A DNA stretch of 64,000 nt from an uncultured Chthonomonadaceae bacterium (GCA_963817895.1 CAWFQB010000001.1:1216001-1280000), one strand, 5' to 3'; numbered from the stretch's first letter, positions 34,412-43,744 are shown. Translations and numbers: made by a program. Notes: generated by a model from the sequence alone, not told the origin.

Positions 34412-34614
34412 GTTGTTAGGTTGTGAGTTGTTAGGTTTGTCGTATTTACGCTCGGCCACTCCTAACCTAACAACTTAGAGCCTATTCCAATAGGCCGGGT
34501 ACAGAGAACGTACCCGTCTGAGTGGCCTGCGGCCAAGCGTCCTTCGGACGCAAATGCAATCGCCTATTGGGATAGGCTCTTAATACCCTAACAACCTAAC
34601 AACCCAACAACCTA
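34408..34614. repeat. Convergent inverted arrays (GTTGTTAG-type / CCTAACAA-type); right arm interrupted by a MITE
   Basis: Left arm 34408-34437 overlaps the ino1 stop; right arm 34461-34474 and 34587-34614 ends at the next ATG. Confidence 0.85.
34478..34579. mobile_element. 102-bp MITE with GAG... termini and TTA target duplication (IS5/IS1031-like)
   Basis: GAGCCTATTCCAATAGGC / GCCTATTGGGATAGGCTC (17/18 match); TTA at 34475-34477 and 34580-34582. Confidence 0.78.
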
Positions 34615-35397
34615 ATGACCTACAACCCTACTACCGTGGCCGAACTCGGCCCCTGGTTTCACAACATTGTTCTGCCGGACGGAACGCAGACTGCGCCCGA
34701 CCACTTTTTAGGCAGTGACTTTCCGCGTAACAAGTGGCAGTGTCTGGCTCCACATCTGCCTGCGGATTTAACAGGCTGGACCGCGCTGGACATCGGCTGC
34801 AACGCGGGCTACTATACGCTGGAACTGGCGAAACGGGGAGCGCATATCACCGCCATTGACGTCAACCCGTTTTATCTGGCGCAGGCGCAATGGGCGTGTG
34901 AGCAGTTTGGCTTGCAGGAGCGGGTGACGTTCCAGCAAACGGGCGTGTACGAACTGGCGCAATCGTCAGAAAAATACGACCTGATTCTGTTTTTAGGCGT
35001 GTTTTACCATTTGCGCTATCCGACGCTTGCCCTTGACATTGTGGCCGAAAAGACCAATCGCCTGCTCGTATTCCAAACCCTGACGATGCCCGGTATGGAG
35101 GTTTATCCTGCCGAAGAGGACATGGACATTGACCATCGCGAGGCCATGCAGGAACCGGGCTGGCCCCAAATGGCGTTTATCGAGCATCGGCTGTGCGGCG
35201 ACCCGACCAACTGGTGGGCGCTCAACCATGCCGGTATTCTGGCCCTGCTGCGCTCCTGTGGCCTGCGAACCCTTGCCACTCCCGGCCATGAACTCTATAT
35301 TTCCGAACCCGATCCCGAACACCCCTCCTGCATGACTACGTGGAATTGCTGGGAGTATGAGGCGGTAACAAAGAGAGGAAGTGAGAGTGGAGAGTGA
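34615..35397 (+). CDS. SAM-dependent methyltransferase, TIGR04290-like
   Basis: LGPWFHNI.LPDG.QTAPDHFLG, ALDIGCNAGYY, LFLGVFYHLRYP, DPTNWW. Confidence 0.9.
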   Translation: MTYNPTTVAELGPWFHNIVLPDGTQTAPDHFLGSDFPRNKWQCLAPHLPADLTGWTALDIGCNAGYYTLELAKRGAHITAIDVNPFYLAQAQWACEQFGLQERVTFQQTGVYELAQSSEKYDLILFLGVFYHLRYPTLALDIVAEKTNRLLVFQTLTMPGMEVYPAEEDMDIDHREAMQEPGWPQMAFIEHRLCGDPTNWWALNHAGILALLRSCGLRTLATPGHELYISEPDPEHPSCMTTWNCWEYEAVTKRGSESGE

Positions 35398-35449
35398 GAG
35401 TGAGAGTACCACTCGCATTGTCTCTCACTCTTCACTCTCCACTCTCACT
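35380..35449. repeat. Convergent inverted heptamer arrays (GTGAGA(G))n / (CTCTCAC)n
   Basis: Left arm 35380-35407 encodes the last codons and stop of the methyltransferase; right arm 35422-35449. Confidence 0.88.
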
Positions 35450-35458
35450 ATATAAACT

Positions 35459-36397
35459 ATGATCGAAGCTATCAAACTCTGGAACGAACCGAACAATATG
35501 TCGCACTGGGATTTTCATCTGGATCCCGGTTGGGTCGAGTTCGCGCAAATGCTGCGGCTGTGTTCGCAGGCCATACGAGACGTGAAGCCGGATTTGCCGA
35601 TTGTATTGGGCGGCATGTCGCCCATTGACCCGGAATTTCTGATTCTGCTGCGGAAGCAGGGCGCGCTGGAAAACATGGACGTGGTTGCTGTACACGGCTT
35701 TCCGCTGGACTGGAACCACTGGCAGATAAACGACTGGCCGCAGAAGATCGAAGAGATTCAGCGCGTGACCAATTTACCCGTTTGGGTCACAGAAGTCGGC
35801 GCGTCCACGTTCGGCGCGGACGAGGTTCAGGTGTTCGGACTACAGCGCACGGCGGAGCTGTTGCTTGGGCGCGTGGAACGGGTGTTCTGGTACAGCCTGC
35901 TGGATTTGCCGCCGACATGGGAAGCCACCACCCGACACAAAGAAGCGGAAGGCAGCTCCTATTACCGGCATTTTTATCTGGGGTTGATACGCGCCGACGG
36001 GACGCCCAAACCCTCGGCAGACTGTTTCAACCCGGAAATGGGCATTTGCCAGTGGTTTCATTTCGAGGATCATCGGCTTGATATGGCGGTGGAATGGCTG
36101 AAACGGTTGGGAGTAAAGAAATTGCGCACGGGCATCAGTTGGGCGGATTGGCATCGTCCCAATGCCGTCGCGTGGTTCGACCGGCAGATGGACGCGCTGC
36201 AAGACTTCGACGTAACGGTAACGCTGTGCTTTACGCCGCCCTCGCGGGGCCGGGAACCGCATCATACAAGCCCGCCGCTTGTACCGGAAGAGTTCGGCTG
36301 GTTCGCCGCCGATGTTGTGCGCCGGTATGTATTGCATGAGGGCTGGCAGCCGTCCAAAACTATGCAATCCCCGAATGTGGAGGCTATCGGCTCGTGA
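35459..36397 (+). CDS. Clan GH-A glycoside hydrolase-like protein (often labelled beta-xylosidase)
   Basis: WNEPNN acid/base motif, VAVHGFPLDW, VWVTEVG nucleophile motif. Confidence 0.82.
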   Translation: MIEAIKLWNEPNNMSHWDFHLDPGWVEFAQMLRLCSQAIRDVKPDLPIVLGGMSPIDPEFLILLRKQGALENMDVVAVHGFPLDWNHWQINDWPQKIEEIQRVTNLPVWVTEVGASTFGADEVQVFGLQRTAELLLGRVERVFWYSLLDLPPTWEATTRHKEAEGSSYYRHFYLGLIRADGTPKPSADCFNPEMGICQWFHFEDHRLDMAVEWLKRLGVKKLRTGISWADWHRPNAVAWFDRQMDALQDFDVTVTLCFTPPSRGREPHHTSPPLVPEEFGWFAADVVRRYVLHEGWQPSKTMQSPNVEAIGS

Positions 36398-37002
36398 CGA
36401 CGACCTTTTACTTGATACGACATGCCGCGCACGGACTGCTCGGCCATAAAATGGCGGGGTGCATGTCCGGTGTTTGTCTCAGCGATGCGGGGCAGGCGCA
36501 GGCCGCGCAGCTTGCCGAACGCCTGTCTTCTGTACCGCTGTCCGCTATCTACAGCAGCCCTCTGGAACGGGCGCAGGAGACTGCCGCGCCCCTTGCCGCG
36601 AAGTTGAATTTGCCCGTACAAACCTGCCCTGCCATTTTGGAGATCAACTACGGCGATTGGACGGGCCTGACGTTTGAAGAGTTGTACGCCCGCCCCGAAT
36701 GGAAAGCGTATAATGAATTTCGCAGCGGCACACGGATTCCGGGCGGCGAAATGATGCTGGAAGCGCAAACGCGAGCGGTGGCGCAGATGCAAGCGTTGTG
36801 CCTGCTGCACCCCAATCAGCAAATCGCCCTCGTCAGCCACGCCGACATTATCAAGGGCGCGCTTGCCTACTATCTTGGGATGCCGCTCGACCTGTTTTTG
36901 CGTCTGGAAATCAGCCCCGCGTCCGTCAGCATCCTTACGCTAAACGAGTTCGGCCCCAGAGTGCTGCGCGTCAACGATACGGGCAGTATGTCTACAGAGT
37001 AA
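36394..37002 (+). CDS. Histidine phosphatase (phosphoglycerate mutase family)
   Basis: LIRHA, YSSPLERAQETA, E..YGDWTG, LVSHAD. Confidence 0.92.
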   Translation: MTTTFYLIRHAAHGLLGHKMAGCMSGVCLSDAGQAQAAQLAERLSSVPLSAIYSSPLERAQETAAPLAAKLNLPVQTCPAILEINYGDWTGLTFEELYARPEWKAYNEFRSGTRIPGGEMMLEAQTRAVAQMQALCLLHPNQQIALVSHADIIKGALAYYLGMPLDLFLRLEISPASVSILTLNEFGPRVLRVNDTGSMSTE

Positions 37003-37014
37003 TCTCACAGAACG

Positions 37015-39000
37015 TTAAACTTGCAGCAGTCGCGCTAATGTTTCTTTGTAGATATTGTACGCGCCCCATAAGCGGGCTTGCTCGTTGGGGTCGTGACTGC
37101 TCATGTTGGCGCAAAGATGTGTTTGGCCGACGCGAAAAGCGGCATAGGCGAGTTGATATGCCGCCAGTACATCGGACGGAACGGTCGCGTCGAACCCTAC
37201 ACTGTTGGGCGTCAATCCCTGAATTGCTGTTTGCGCGGCCTCTAACAGCAACGCAGCCGTCGTTGCCTCCAATCCCCATTCCACGATTGCTCCCGCTATG
37301 TCCCACACATACGCCTGCCACCCGATGATGGTATGATCCGGTTCGTAGCCGATGCAGTCGATTTTGTGCAACTTCCCGCTTTCGGTATGTATCCATTCCT
37401 GCGGGGCAAGGTGTCCGTCGCCAAAAGTACGCGCCTGTCGCGCCCATGCGGATTGTTCCAAAATCGCCCTCCACTGCCGCGTTCGTTCCGCCGCTTCCTC
37501 GCCCAATGCTTCCCACGTATTCCAGTACAGCAAGGATTGCAGGCGGGCGAGCGCGGCTTCGTGTTCTTCGGGCATTGGTGGCGGCGCGGAACACGCGCCG
37601 ATATACGCGCCCATTTCCGCCAGAAACGCCGGGGTCGAATCTGGTAGCGTCAGGGGCGTTCCCTCAGTCCAGAGTGTGGCGACAAAGCCCATGAGCGCGC
37701 CGAGGGGTACGGGCGGAAGGGGCGACGCAAACATGCCGCGCATACCAAACCACTGTTCCATGACGTGCGATTGACTGAGCCAACCCTCCCGTTGCGACGT
37801 TGGGGATACGGGGGGATTGGGTAAAGGAATAGTCGCCAGTCCCGCGTATTTCCACAACACGCGCGTTCCATTCGACAGCGTGACGCGGTATTTGGGCCGC
37901 TCGAACGCCGCGCAAACCGCAGGCCATTCCGCTTCACTCTCGTACACCGCCCGCCGCCATAGCCCGCCGCCGAAATCCTCCACCGATACGACATGAACCT
38001 CTTCACCACGCGCCATGCTGCCGGTGTTGCCCTCAGACTGCCGATATTGCGCATAGTCCCTGACCAGTTGCGGCGTTCGGGCGGCCAGAACATCGGGAAG
38101 GGCAAGCCCGTTCCAGCGCAATTCCGCCGTTGGCGTGACATAACGTGGCGTATCCGCCCACCACTGCCGAACGGCTTCACCCCCGCTGCCGCCCGGATTG
38201 CCGCCGTGTCCGGGCAGAAACGCGATGCGTTCACGCGCCATTCCCAACTCTACAAGCGCCTGCGCGACGGATGCCATTGAAGAACCGGACTGCCCCGGCC
38301 CCTCGTCTACAATCAACGCCCATTCGTTCGGCCCGATTTCTATTTCACCCAAATCAGCCTGTCGCTCATAAGGGTGTCCGGTCGGGCGAACCGTTTGCCA
38401 TGTCGTATTAAATCCCGCCGATTTCAACGCGGCGCGAACGACGGCGCCCAGACTCGTCCCGATGCTCCGTATGCCGATAACGCGCACAGTGGCAACGGTT
38501 TCTCCGGCATGTTCCTGCGCCCATTGCCGCGCCGCCGCGCAGTACTGTTCCGGGTAAAGCGCGTAAAAAGCGTAGCCCTCCGGCAATTTCAGGGTCAGCC
38601 GGATTTGAGGCGCGATTTCCCAATTCGGAACGCTATCCGCCAGCGAACCTAACCTCGCTCCAACGCTGATTTCGCCCTGTTCGGCAGCGACAAAAGCGTT
38701 CGCAAGCCGTTCCGTTACAGTTCGCATTGCGTCCAATAAGGATAAATCTTCTGCCGGAGAGGGCGCGATGAGGGGAGAGGGCGCAGCGATAGGGGAGGGC
38801 GCAGCAAGCGGCGCCCCTACATCAAGAGCGTCTTCTAAACCCTGCTGTATCTGTCCCGCGAAAATCAGCAGCCAGCGCAGCCGTTCCAGCGCGTCCAGCC
38901 CGCTGAATTTCAATCCGCTCGACAGCGTTATACAGCCATGCAGATAGCGCAGGAGAGTGGGGAAATCTTCTTCATAACTCGGGTCGCCGTAGACAATCAT
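37015..39000 (-). CDS. Hypothetical protein with PRTase-like and kinase-like regions
   Basis: LPEGYAFYALYPEQY, VIGIRSIGTSLGA, LIVDEGPGQSGSS (PRPP-loop-like), GDGHLAPQEW...KID...DH...WDIAG. Confidence 0.72.
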   Translation of the reverse strand: MIVYGDPSYEEDFPTLLRYLHGCITLSSGLKFSGLDALERLRWLLIFAGQIQQGLEDALDVGAPLAAPSPIAAPSPLIAPSPAEDLSLLDAMRTVTERLANAFVAAEQGEISVGARLGSLADSVPNWEIAPQIRLTLKLPEGYAFYALYPEQYCAAARQWAQEHAGETVATVRVIGIRSIGTSLGAVVRAALKSAGFNTTWQTVRPTGHPYERQADLGEIEIGPNEWALIVDEGPGQSGSSMASVAQALVELGMARERIAFLPGHGGNPGGSGGEAVRQWWADTPRYVTPTAELRWNGLALPDVLAARTPQLVRDYAQYRQSEGNTGSMARGEEVHVVSVEDFGGGLWRRAVYESEAEWPAVCAAFERPKYRVTLSNGTRVLWKYAGLATIPLPNPPVSPTSQREGWLSQSHVMEQWFGMRGMFASPLPPVPLGALMGFVATLWTEGTPLTLPDSTPAFLAEMGAYIGACSAPPPMPEEHEAALARLQSLLYWNTWEALGEEAAERTRQWRAILEQSAWARQARTFGDGHLAPQEWIHTESGKLHKIDCIGYEPDHTIIGWQAYVWDIAGAIVEWGLEATTAALLLEAAQTAIQGLTPNSVGFDATVPSDVLAAYQLAYAAFRVGQTHLCANMSSHDPNEQARLWGAYNIYKETLARLLQV

Positions 39001-39008
39001 GGGGTGCA

Positions 39009-39036
39009 GGTGTTCGGTATTCGGTATTCGGTGTTG
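39009..39036 (-). repeat. Heptamer array (GAATACC)4 on the coding strand between stop and next start
   Basis: Plus strand ggtgttc ggtattc ggtattc ggtgttg. Confidence 0.85.
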
Positions 39037-39039
39037 GGG

Positions 39040-39891
39040 CTACTGGTCGGTTGCCAGCAGGGTAGAAAACAGGGTTACATCTGTTTGTATGGTATAGGAG
39101 AGCTTGTCTGCGTGTGCCGATTGTTGGACGCGCAAACGACTATCGGGCGCAAGGATGACGGCTTTTTGTGTGTCCCACGCTTCTATTGCCACCTTCATGA
39201 TGATATGAAATGTGGGCGGCAATTGGGAAAGGGGCAGGCCCTCGGTTTGTAAAATTTGCTGCTGTTCGGGCGAGAGTTTACGGAATTCCTTATTGAACAG
39301 CATTTCCGCCGCCGTCACGGTCGCGCCGCCAGCCGTTAAACGGAAAGAACGCGCAAGCGCGGCAGTGTCGGAAAGTGGAGGCGCATTGGGCGTTGGAGTT
39401 CCCGTTTGCGCGCTTCCCGGTAAAGGCGCAGTTGCGGACTGGCCTGAATCGTTGTCTTGCAGCGCCAGGACTTCCCGCCGCGTCCGCTCCAGTTCTACGC
39501 CCTGCTGTTTCAGGACACGCCCCGCCAACCCCACTTTGTCCCGAATCAGGCCAAGCAACAGGTGTTCCGTGCCGATGTAGTTGTTGGACAATTGCCGCGC
39601 TTCATCGTAGGCATGGTCAATCAGGCTCTTGCTTTGCGGCGACAACTGCATGTCCAGCTTTTTGTTGGCTGGATCGGCAGTTCCTTTGCTCATCTGCGGC
39701 TCCAGCGCGGCGCGGACGGTCTGCGGCGCAATATCCATGCGTTTCAGGATGCGGCAGGCGACATTTTCTTCGTCGCTTATAAGCGCGAACAATAAGTGTT
39801 CCGTATTGACGGTCAGGTGATTAAGCCTGATCGCCTCCACCTGCGCGGCAAAAATCACTTCTCTCGCTTTTCCCGTAAACCGCTGCCACAT
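39040..39891 (-). CDS. Clp N-terminal repeat domain protein without AAA+ module
   Basis: MWQRFT, TEHLL, two Clp repeats, 283 aa, no Walker A. Confidence 0.9.
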   Translation of the reverse strand: MWQRFTGKAREVIFAAQVEAIRLNHLTVNTEHLLFALISDEENVACRILKRMDIAPQTVRAALEPQMSKGTADPANKKLDMQLSPQSKSLIDHAYDEARQLSNNYIGTEHLLLGLIRDKVGLAGRVLKQQGVELERTRREVLALQDNDSGQSATAPLPGSAQTGTPTPNAPPLSDTAALARSFRLTAGGATVTAAEMLFNKEFRKLSPEQQQILQTEGLPLSQLPPTFHIIMKVAIEAWDTQKAVILAPDSRLRVQQSAHADKLSYTIQTDVTLFSTLLATDQ

Positions 39892-39918
39892 AGCCTACCT
39901 CCGGTGACGCGCAATGGC

Positions 39919-40821
39919 CTACTCCGCCGCTTCATCTTCCGGCGCGTTGTCCGTAGAAGTTTCGGAAGGCGTTTCTTCCGTTGCAGGTGTTTCTGTAGGC
40001 GCAGGTTCCTCGGTGGGAGTTTTCGCCTGCTCGGTAGATGGCTCGACGACGGGCGGCGGGGCAGGCGCAGGCGGTTGATCACGTATCAGAAAGGTGGTGA
40101 CGAACGAGGCGCGGGTGGCGATGGTATAGTGGGTTGCGCCCTCCACGCGAACGATGCCTACCTGCACCCACGATTCAGGATCAAGAACGTAATGCCCCTG
40201 CTGCATTGTCACCTGAAACAACTGTCGGATACACGCCTGAAATATCGCAGGCAGTTGGCTCATGGGAACGCCCTCACGCTGCAATTGCGCCTGCTGTTCC
40301 GGGGGCAGGGCAGCAAACTCGTCCCGAAACGGTTGTTGGGGCTTTGCGGAATCTGGGCTGGCGACAGAAGCGGGATTTCCGTAGCCTGATTCGCTTTGTA
40401 TTACTACCACTTCGCGGCGCGTCCGCTCCAATTCCACGCCCAATTTTGTCAGAACCCGCCCTGCCAACCCCTCCGCCTCGCGTACCATGCCGAGTAGCAG
40501 ATGTTCGGTTCCGATGTAGTTGTTGCTGAGTTGACGGGCTTCGTCATAGGCGAGGTCAATGATGCGCTTGGCGCGGGGCGTGAGCTGCATATCCTGCCCC
40601 AAACGCCCATCACCTCGCGTCACCTGTCGCTCGATCTCGCTGCGGATGCGTCCGAGCGATATGCCCATCCGATCCAAAATGCGGGCGGCCACGCTGTCGT
40701 TTTCGCGTACCAGTCCGAGCAGCAGGTGTTCGGTGGAAACATAGTTCTCGCCCAAACGCCCCGCCTCTTCCTGCGCGAAAAACACCACCCGCCGCGCCCG
40801 CTCTGTAAATCGCTGCCACAT
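39919..40821 (-). CDS. Clp N-terminal repeat domain protein without AAA+ module
   Basis: MWQRFTERARRVVFFAQEEA...YIGTEHLLLG, 300 aa, acidic Pro/Thr-rich tail, no Walker A. Confidence 0.92.
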   Translation of the reverse strand: MWQRFTERARRVVFFAQEEAGRLGENYVSTEHLLLGLVRENDSVAARILDRMGISLGRIRSEIERQVTRGDGRLGQDMQLTPRAKRIIDLAYDEARQLSNNYIGTEHLLLGMVREAEGLAGRVLTKLGVELERTRREVVVIQSESGYGNPASVASPDSAKPQQPFRDEFAALPPEQQAQLQREGVPMSQLPAIFQACIRQLFQVTMQQGHYVLDPESWVQVGIVRVEGATHYTIATRASFVTTFLIRDQPPAPAPPPVVEPSTEQAKTPTEEPAPTETPATEETPSETSTDNAPEDEAAE

Positions 40822-40837
40822 AGTCTCTCTCCGGGAA

Positions 40838-40944
40838 TAGGTTGTTAGGTTGTTAGTTGTTAGGTTGTTAGGTATTCAATTGATAGTCTCGCTACGCAAA
40901 TGTAAATGTGTACTCTTGCATCGTCCTAACAACCTAACAACCTA
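40838..40944. repeat. Convergent inverted octamer arrays (TAGGTTGT)n / (CCTAACAA)n
   Basis: Arms 40838-40873 and 40925-40944; the second overlaps the MFS stop. Confidence 0.9.
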
Positions 40945-42375
40945 TTCCGGTAACGGCTTGCCTTTGGTTTCGGGCGCAAGCGCCAATCCCACAAATCCTA
41001 CGAGGTAGATAAAGGCCACGATGGAAGCGGCCATGCGAAAACCGTAATCGGGACGCGCGGCGTCCGCGAAATGTTGGGCCAGTTTGCCGAGCGTGAAGGG
41101 GGCAAGCGCGGCCAGAACGCGGGCGCAGTTGTAGGCGAAACCGCAGCCGGTGGCGCGTAATCGCGTGGGGAACAGTTCGGGAAAGAAGACCGTGTACGCG
41201 GCGAACGGGCCGAGCGTGCAAAAGCCCATGATAGGAACCAGAATCAGCAGGGAAGTCATGTTATGCGCCTGCCAGAATGTTAGTTGAATGGCGGCGAAAG
41301 CCAGATAGAAGAACATGGACAGAACGCCACGCCGCGTGTAGCGTTCGGCAAGCGTGGCGTAGGCATACATGCCGCAAAACGCCCCGGCCTGCTGCGTCAG
41401 AAACACGTAACTCTGATACTGCGCGAGGGTTTGTTTGGGCAGATTCAGGGGCGCCAGCGCCACTTTGGTCAGTTCCGGCGTCCAAAACGCAATTCCCCAC
41501 AAGCCGCCTACGCCCGCCGTCGCCATAAGCGTCGCGGCAATGGTATTACGGCGAATGACGGGATCGCGAAACAGATTTGGGATACCGCCGAGTTCCTGAC
41601 CTCCGGTTTGCCGCGCCGCGTCTTTGGCTTCCTGCCACTTTTCCGGCTCTTTTATGGATCGGCGTATCCACAGCACGAGCAACGCGGGTAACGCTCCGAC
41701 CGCAAACGCCCACCGCCACGCTTCTCCCGATATGTGAACGCTGTTGAGCGTGAGATTAATCAGCGCGGCAAACCCGTTGCCCACTGCGGAGAGCGCTTGC
41801 AGCAGTCCCAACGCCATCGGACGAGAACGGGAGGGGAATACTTCCGATACCAGAGCCGCGCCCGCCGCCCATTCGCCGCCAATCCCCAGCCCGGTCAGAA
41901 ACCGAAACAGGCCGAACATCGGAACGGTATGGGTCAGGCTGCTCAAGCCTGTAAATATGGAGTAGATGAGAATGGTGGCGATCATGGTGCGCGTACGGCC
42001 CATCCGGTCGCCCAACACGCCGAAGATAAACCCGCCCGCCGCCCAGCCGAGCAGAAAAATGGCGGTCATGTTCGCGCTGTTCTGCGTCACCAATGCCTGC
42101 TGCGCTTTAGTCAGCACTGTAGAAGGCGCAGTTCCAAACAACAGCGAGGTCAACGCGCTGTTGCGCACCAGATTGAACAGGTTCTGATCCATCGAGTCGA
42201 ACAGCCAGCCGAGCGCGGAAACAAACAGCACCAGCCAGGCGTAGCGCGGCACACCCTGATACCAGCGGGGGGCAAAGGATGAAGGATGAAGGATGAAGGA
42301 TGAATTCTCTCCTGTAATCTCCTCTTCTCCTTCTCTCCTTTTCTCCTTTTCTTCACTTTTACGCGGGTCGGCCAT
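40942..42375 (-). CDS. MFS transporter (sialate/carboxylate-like)
   Basis: LGWLFDSMD, GVLGDRMGRTR, RFLTGLGIGGEW, ELFPTRLRATG. Confidence 0.93.
   Translation of the reverse strand: MADPRKSEEKEKRREGEEEITGENSSFILHPSSFAPRWYQGVPRYAWLVLFVSALGWLFDSMDQNLFNLVRNSALTSLLFGTAPSTVLTKAQQALVTQNSANMTAIFLLGWAAGGFIFGVLGDRMGRTRTMIATILIYSIFTGLSSLTHTVPMFGLFRFLTGLGIGGEWAAGAALVSEVFPSRSRPMALGLLQALSAVGNGFAALINLTLNSVHISGEAWRWAFAVGALPALLVLWIRRSIKEPEKWQEAKDAARQTGGQELGGIPNLFRDPVIRRNTIAATLMATAGVGGLWGIAFWTPELTKVALAPLNLPKQTLAQYQSYVFLTQQAGAFCGMYAYATLAERYTRRGVLSMFFYLAFAAIQLTFWQAHNMTSLLILVPIMGFCTLGPFAAYTVFFPELFPTRLRATGCGFAYNCARVLAALAPFTLGKLAQHFADAARPDYGFRMAASIVAFIYLVGFVGLALAPETKGKPLPE
42274..42355 (-). repeat. In-frame bipartite element, copy 5: (GAAAAGGA)-type x4 + (TTCATCC)4
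   Basis: Encodes EEKEKRREGEEEITGENSSFILHPSSF in the MFS N-terminal tail; same heptamer as copy 1. Confidence 0.95.
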
Positions 42376-42460
42376 GATGTTCCTCGTTGAGCAGGCATTG
42401 GATAAACTTCTGCCGCTATGTTCATCGGACGCGCCCATTTTCCCTGCACAATTATAAAAA

Positions 42461-42520
42461 AGCATTAAGCGTTGAGTTCCGTTCCTCAACGCTTAATGCT
42501 CAATGTTCAATGCCTGATGC
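42461..42520. repeat. 16-bp inverted repeat with trailing AATGCTC-like heptamers
   Basis: AGCATTAAGCGTTGAG ... CTCAACGCTTAATGCT caatgtt caatgcc tgatgct, downstream of the SDR gene. Confidence 0.7.
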
Positions 42521-42534
42521 TCTGTACTAAACGC

Positions 42535-43359
42535 TCATCCCTCTTCCGCTCTCTGGCGTTTCAGGCGTTCGATGGCGGCGGCGCGAAGGTAGCTGCGGCC
42601 CGCGAATCTGCCTAACGCGCCGGGAAGCAGACTGTCAATGGCAAAGACGATGCGAACAGGGCGATACGGAAGCACTTCGGCGGGGGGATATTTCTGGCGG
42701 GCGGTGCGGACGATGCTGGCGGCAACCTGCTCCGGCGTCAACACCACCCCGCCGGGCTGATAGGTTTCGCCTTTCACGCTGTTGAAGAACTGGGTGCGGA
42801 CGGAAATCGGCAGAATTTCGCTGACGCGCACATTGTACTCTCTCGCTTCGATGCGCAATGCCTGCGTATAAGCGTGAACCGCGCCTTTAGAAGCCGAATA
42901 CGCCGATACGGTCGGACTGCCGAACCGTCCGGCTGCCGAGGTGACGTTGAGGATATAGCCGAAATTGCGGGAAGCCATGCCGCGCAACGCCTGCTGGCAC
43001 AGTTGATGCAGACCGAAAAAGTTTACTTCAAACACAAACCGGATGTCTTCCAGCCGCGTGTCGAGAATGGTCGCGCCCAATCCCACGCCCGCATTGTTGA
43101 CAAGCGTATCAATCGGTCCGGCTTCCGCTTCCAGCCGCTCCCACAAACCGTCAAGCTGCGCAGGCTGCGTCAGGTCGGCAACGGCGCAGGTCGCCTTCGC
43201 GCCCCCCTCGCGCAGCGAATCGCGAACGCTTGCCAGCGCCTTTGCCTGCTCGGAAACCAGAATCACATGCGCGCCCTGATTGGCGAACGCTCTGGCCGTC
43301 GCCTCGCCAATTCCCGAAGACGCGCCCGTCACCAGAACGCGCCGATTGCTTAAATCCAC
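42535..43359 (-). CDS. SDR family oxidoreductase
   Basis: TGASSGIG, NNAG, YSASK. Confidence 0.93.
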   Translation of the reverse strand: MDLSNRRVLVTGASSGIGEATARAFANQGAHVILVSEQAKALASVRDSLREGGAKATCAVADLTQPAQLDGLWERLEAEAGPIDTLVNNAGVGLGATILDTRLEDIRFVFEVNFFGLHQLCQQALRGMASRNFGYILNVTSAAGRFGSPTVSAYSASKGAVHAYTQALRIEAREYNVRVSEILPISVRTQFFNSVKGETYQPGGVVLTPEQVAASIVRTARQKYPPAEVLPYRPVRIVFAIDSLLPGALGRFAGRSYLRAAAIERLKRQRAEEG

Positions 43360-43383
43360 GATGGGTTGGTATCCTTATTGTGT

Positions 43384-43427
43384 CCCCCTCTCCCAGGCTT
43401 TTTTGGGAGAGGGTCGGGGTGAGGGCC
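43384..43427. repeat. REP-like element, CCCTCACCCC family
   Basis: CCCTCTCCCA...TGGGAGAGGG-tcggggtgagggc; related to 45272-45381 and 55156-55395. Confidence 0.8.
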
Positions 43428-43570
43428 AATTGTTTTGATTGTCTGAACAGCGCGGCAGACAGGAATCGCGAAACGGAGTTGCGAAGTCAGCCGTACTAGA
43501 TTATGGAACCCGCGCGATACCCGTTTCACTGCCGAATTGCGCGCGGCGCACTCATTGAGAGGAAAAGGCT

Positions 43571-43744
43571 ATGTCTGACTGGATTAAGTGGATTCTCGCG
43601 TTCGTGCTGATCTGGGTTGTGGGCGGTATCGTGATTCACCTGCTGGCCGGGTTGGTTCATATCGCGATTACGCTGGCCGTAATTGTTCTGTTCTGCTATA
43701 TCGTTTACGCGGTGGTTCGCGCCGCGTCGAGGCAGAAGATATAG
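43571..43744 (+). CDS. Small 57-aa two-TM membrane protein (absent from the ORF track)
   Basis: GAGG RBS; MSDWIKWILAFVLIWVVGGIVIHLLAGLVHIAITLAVIVLFCYIVYAVVRAASRQKI*. Confidence 0.8.
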   Translation: MSDWIKWILAFVLIWVVGGIVIHLLAGLVHIAITLAVIVLFCYIVYAVVRAASRQKI

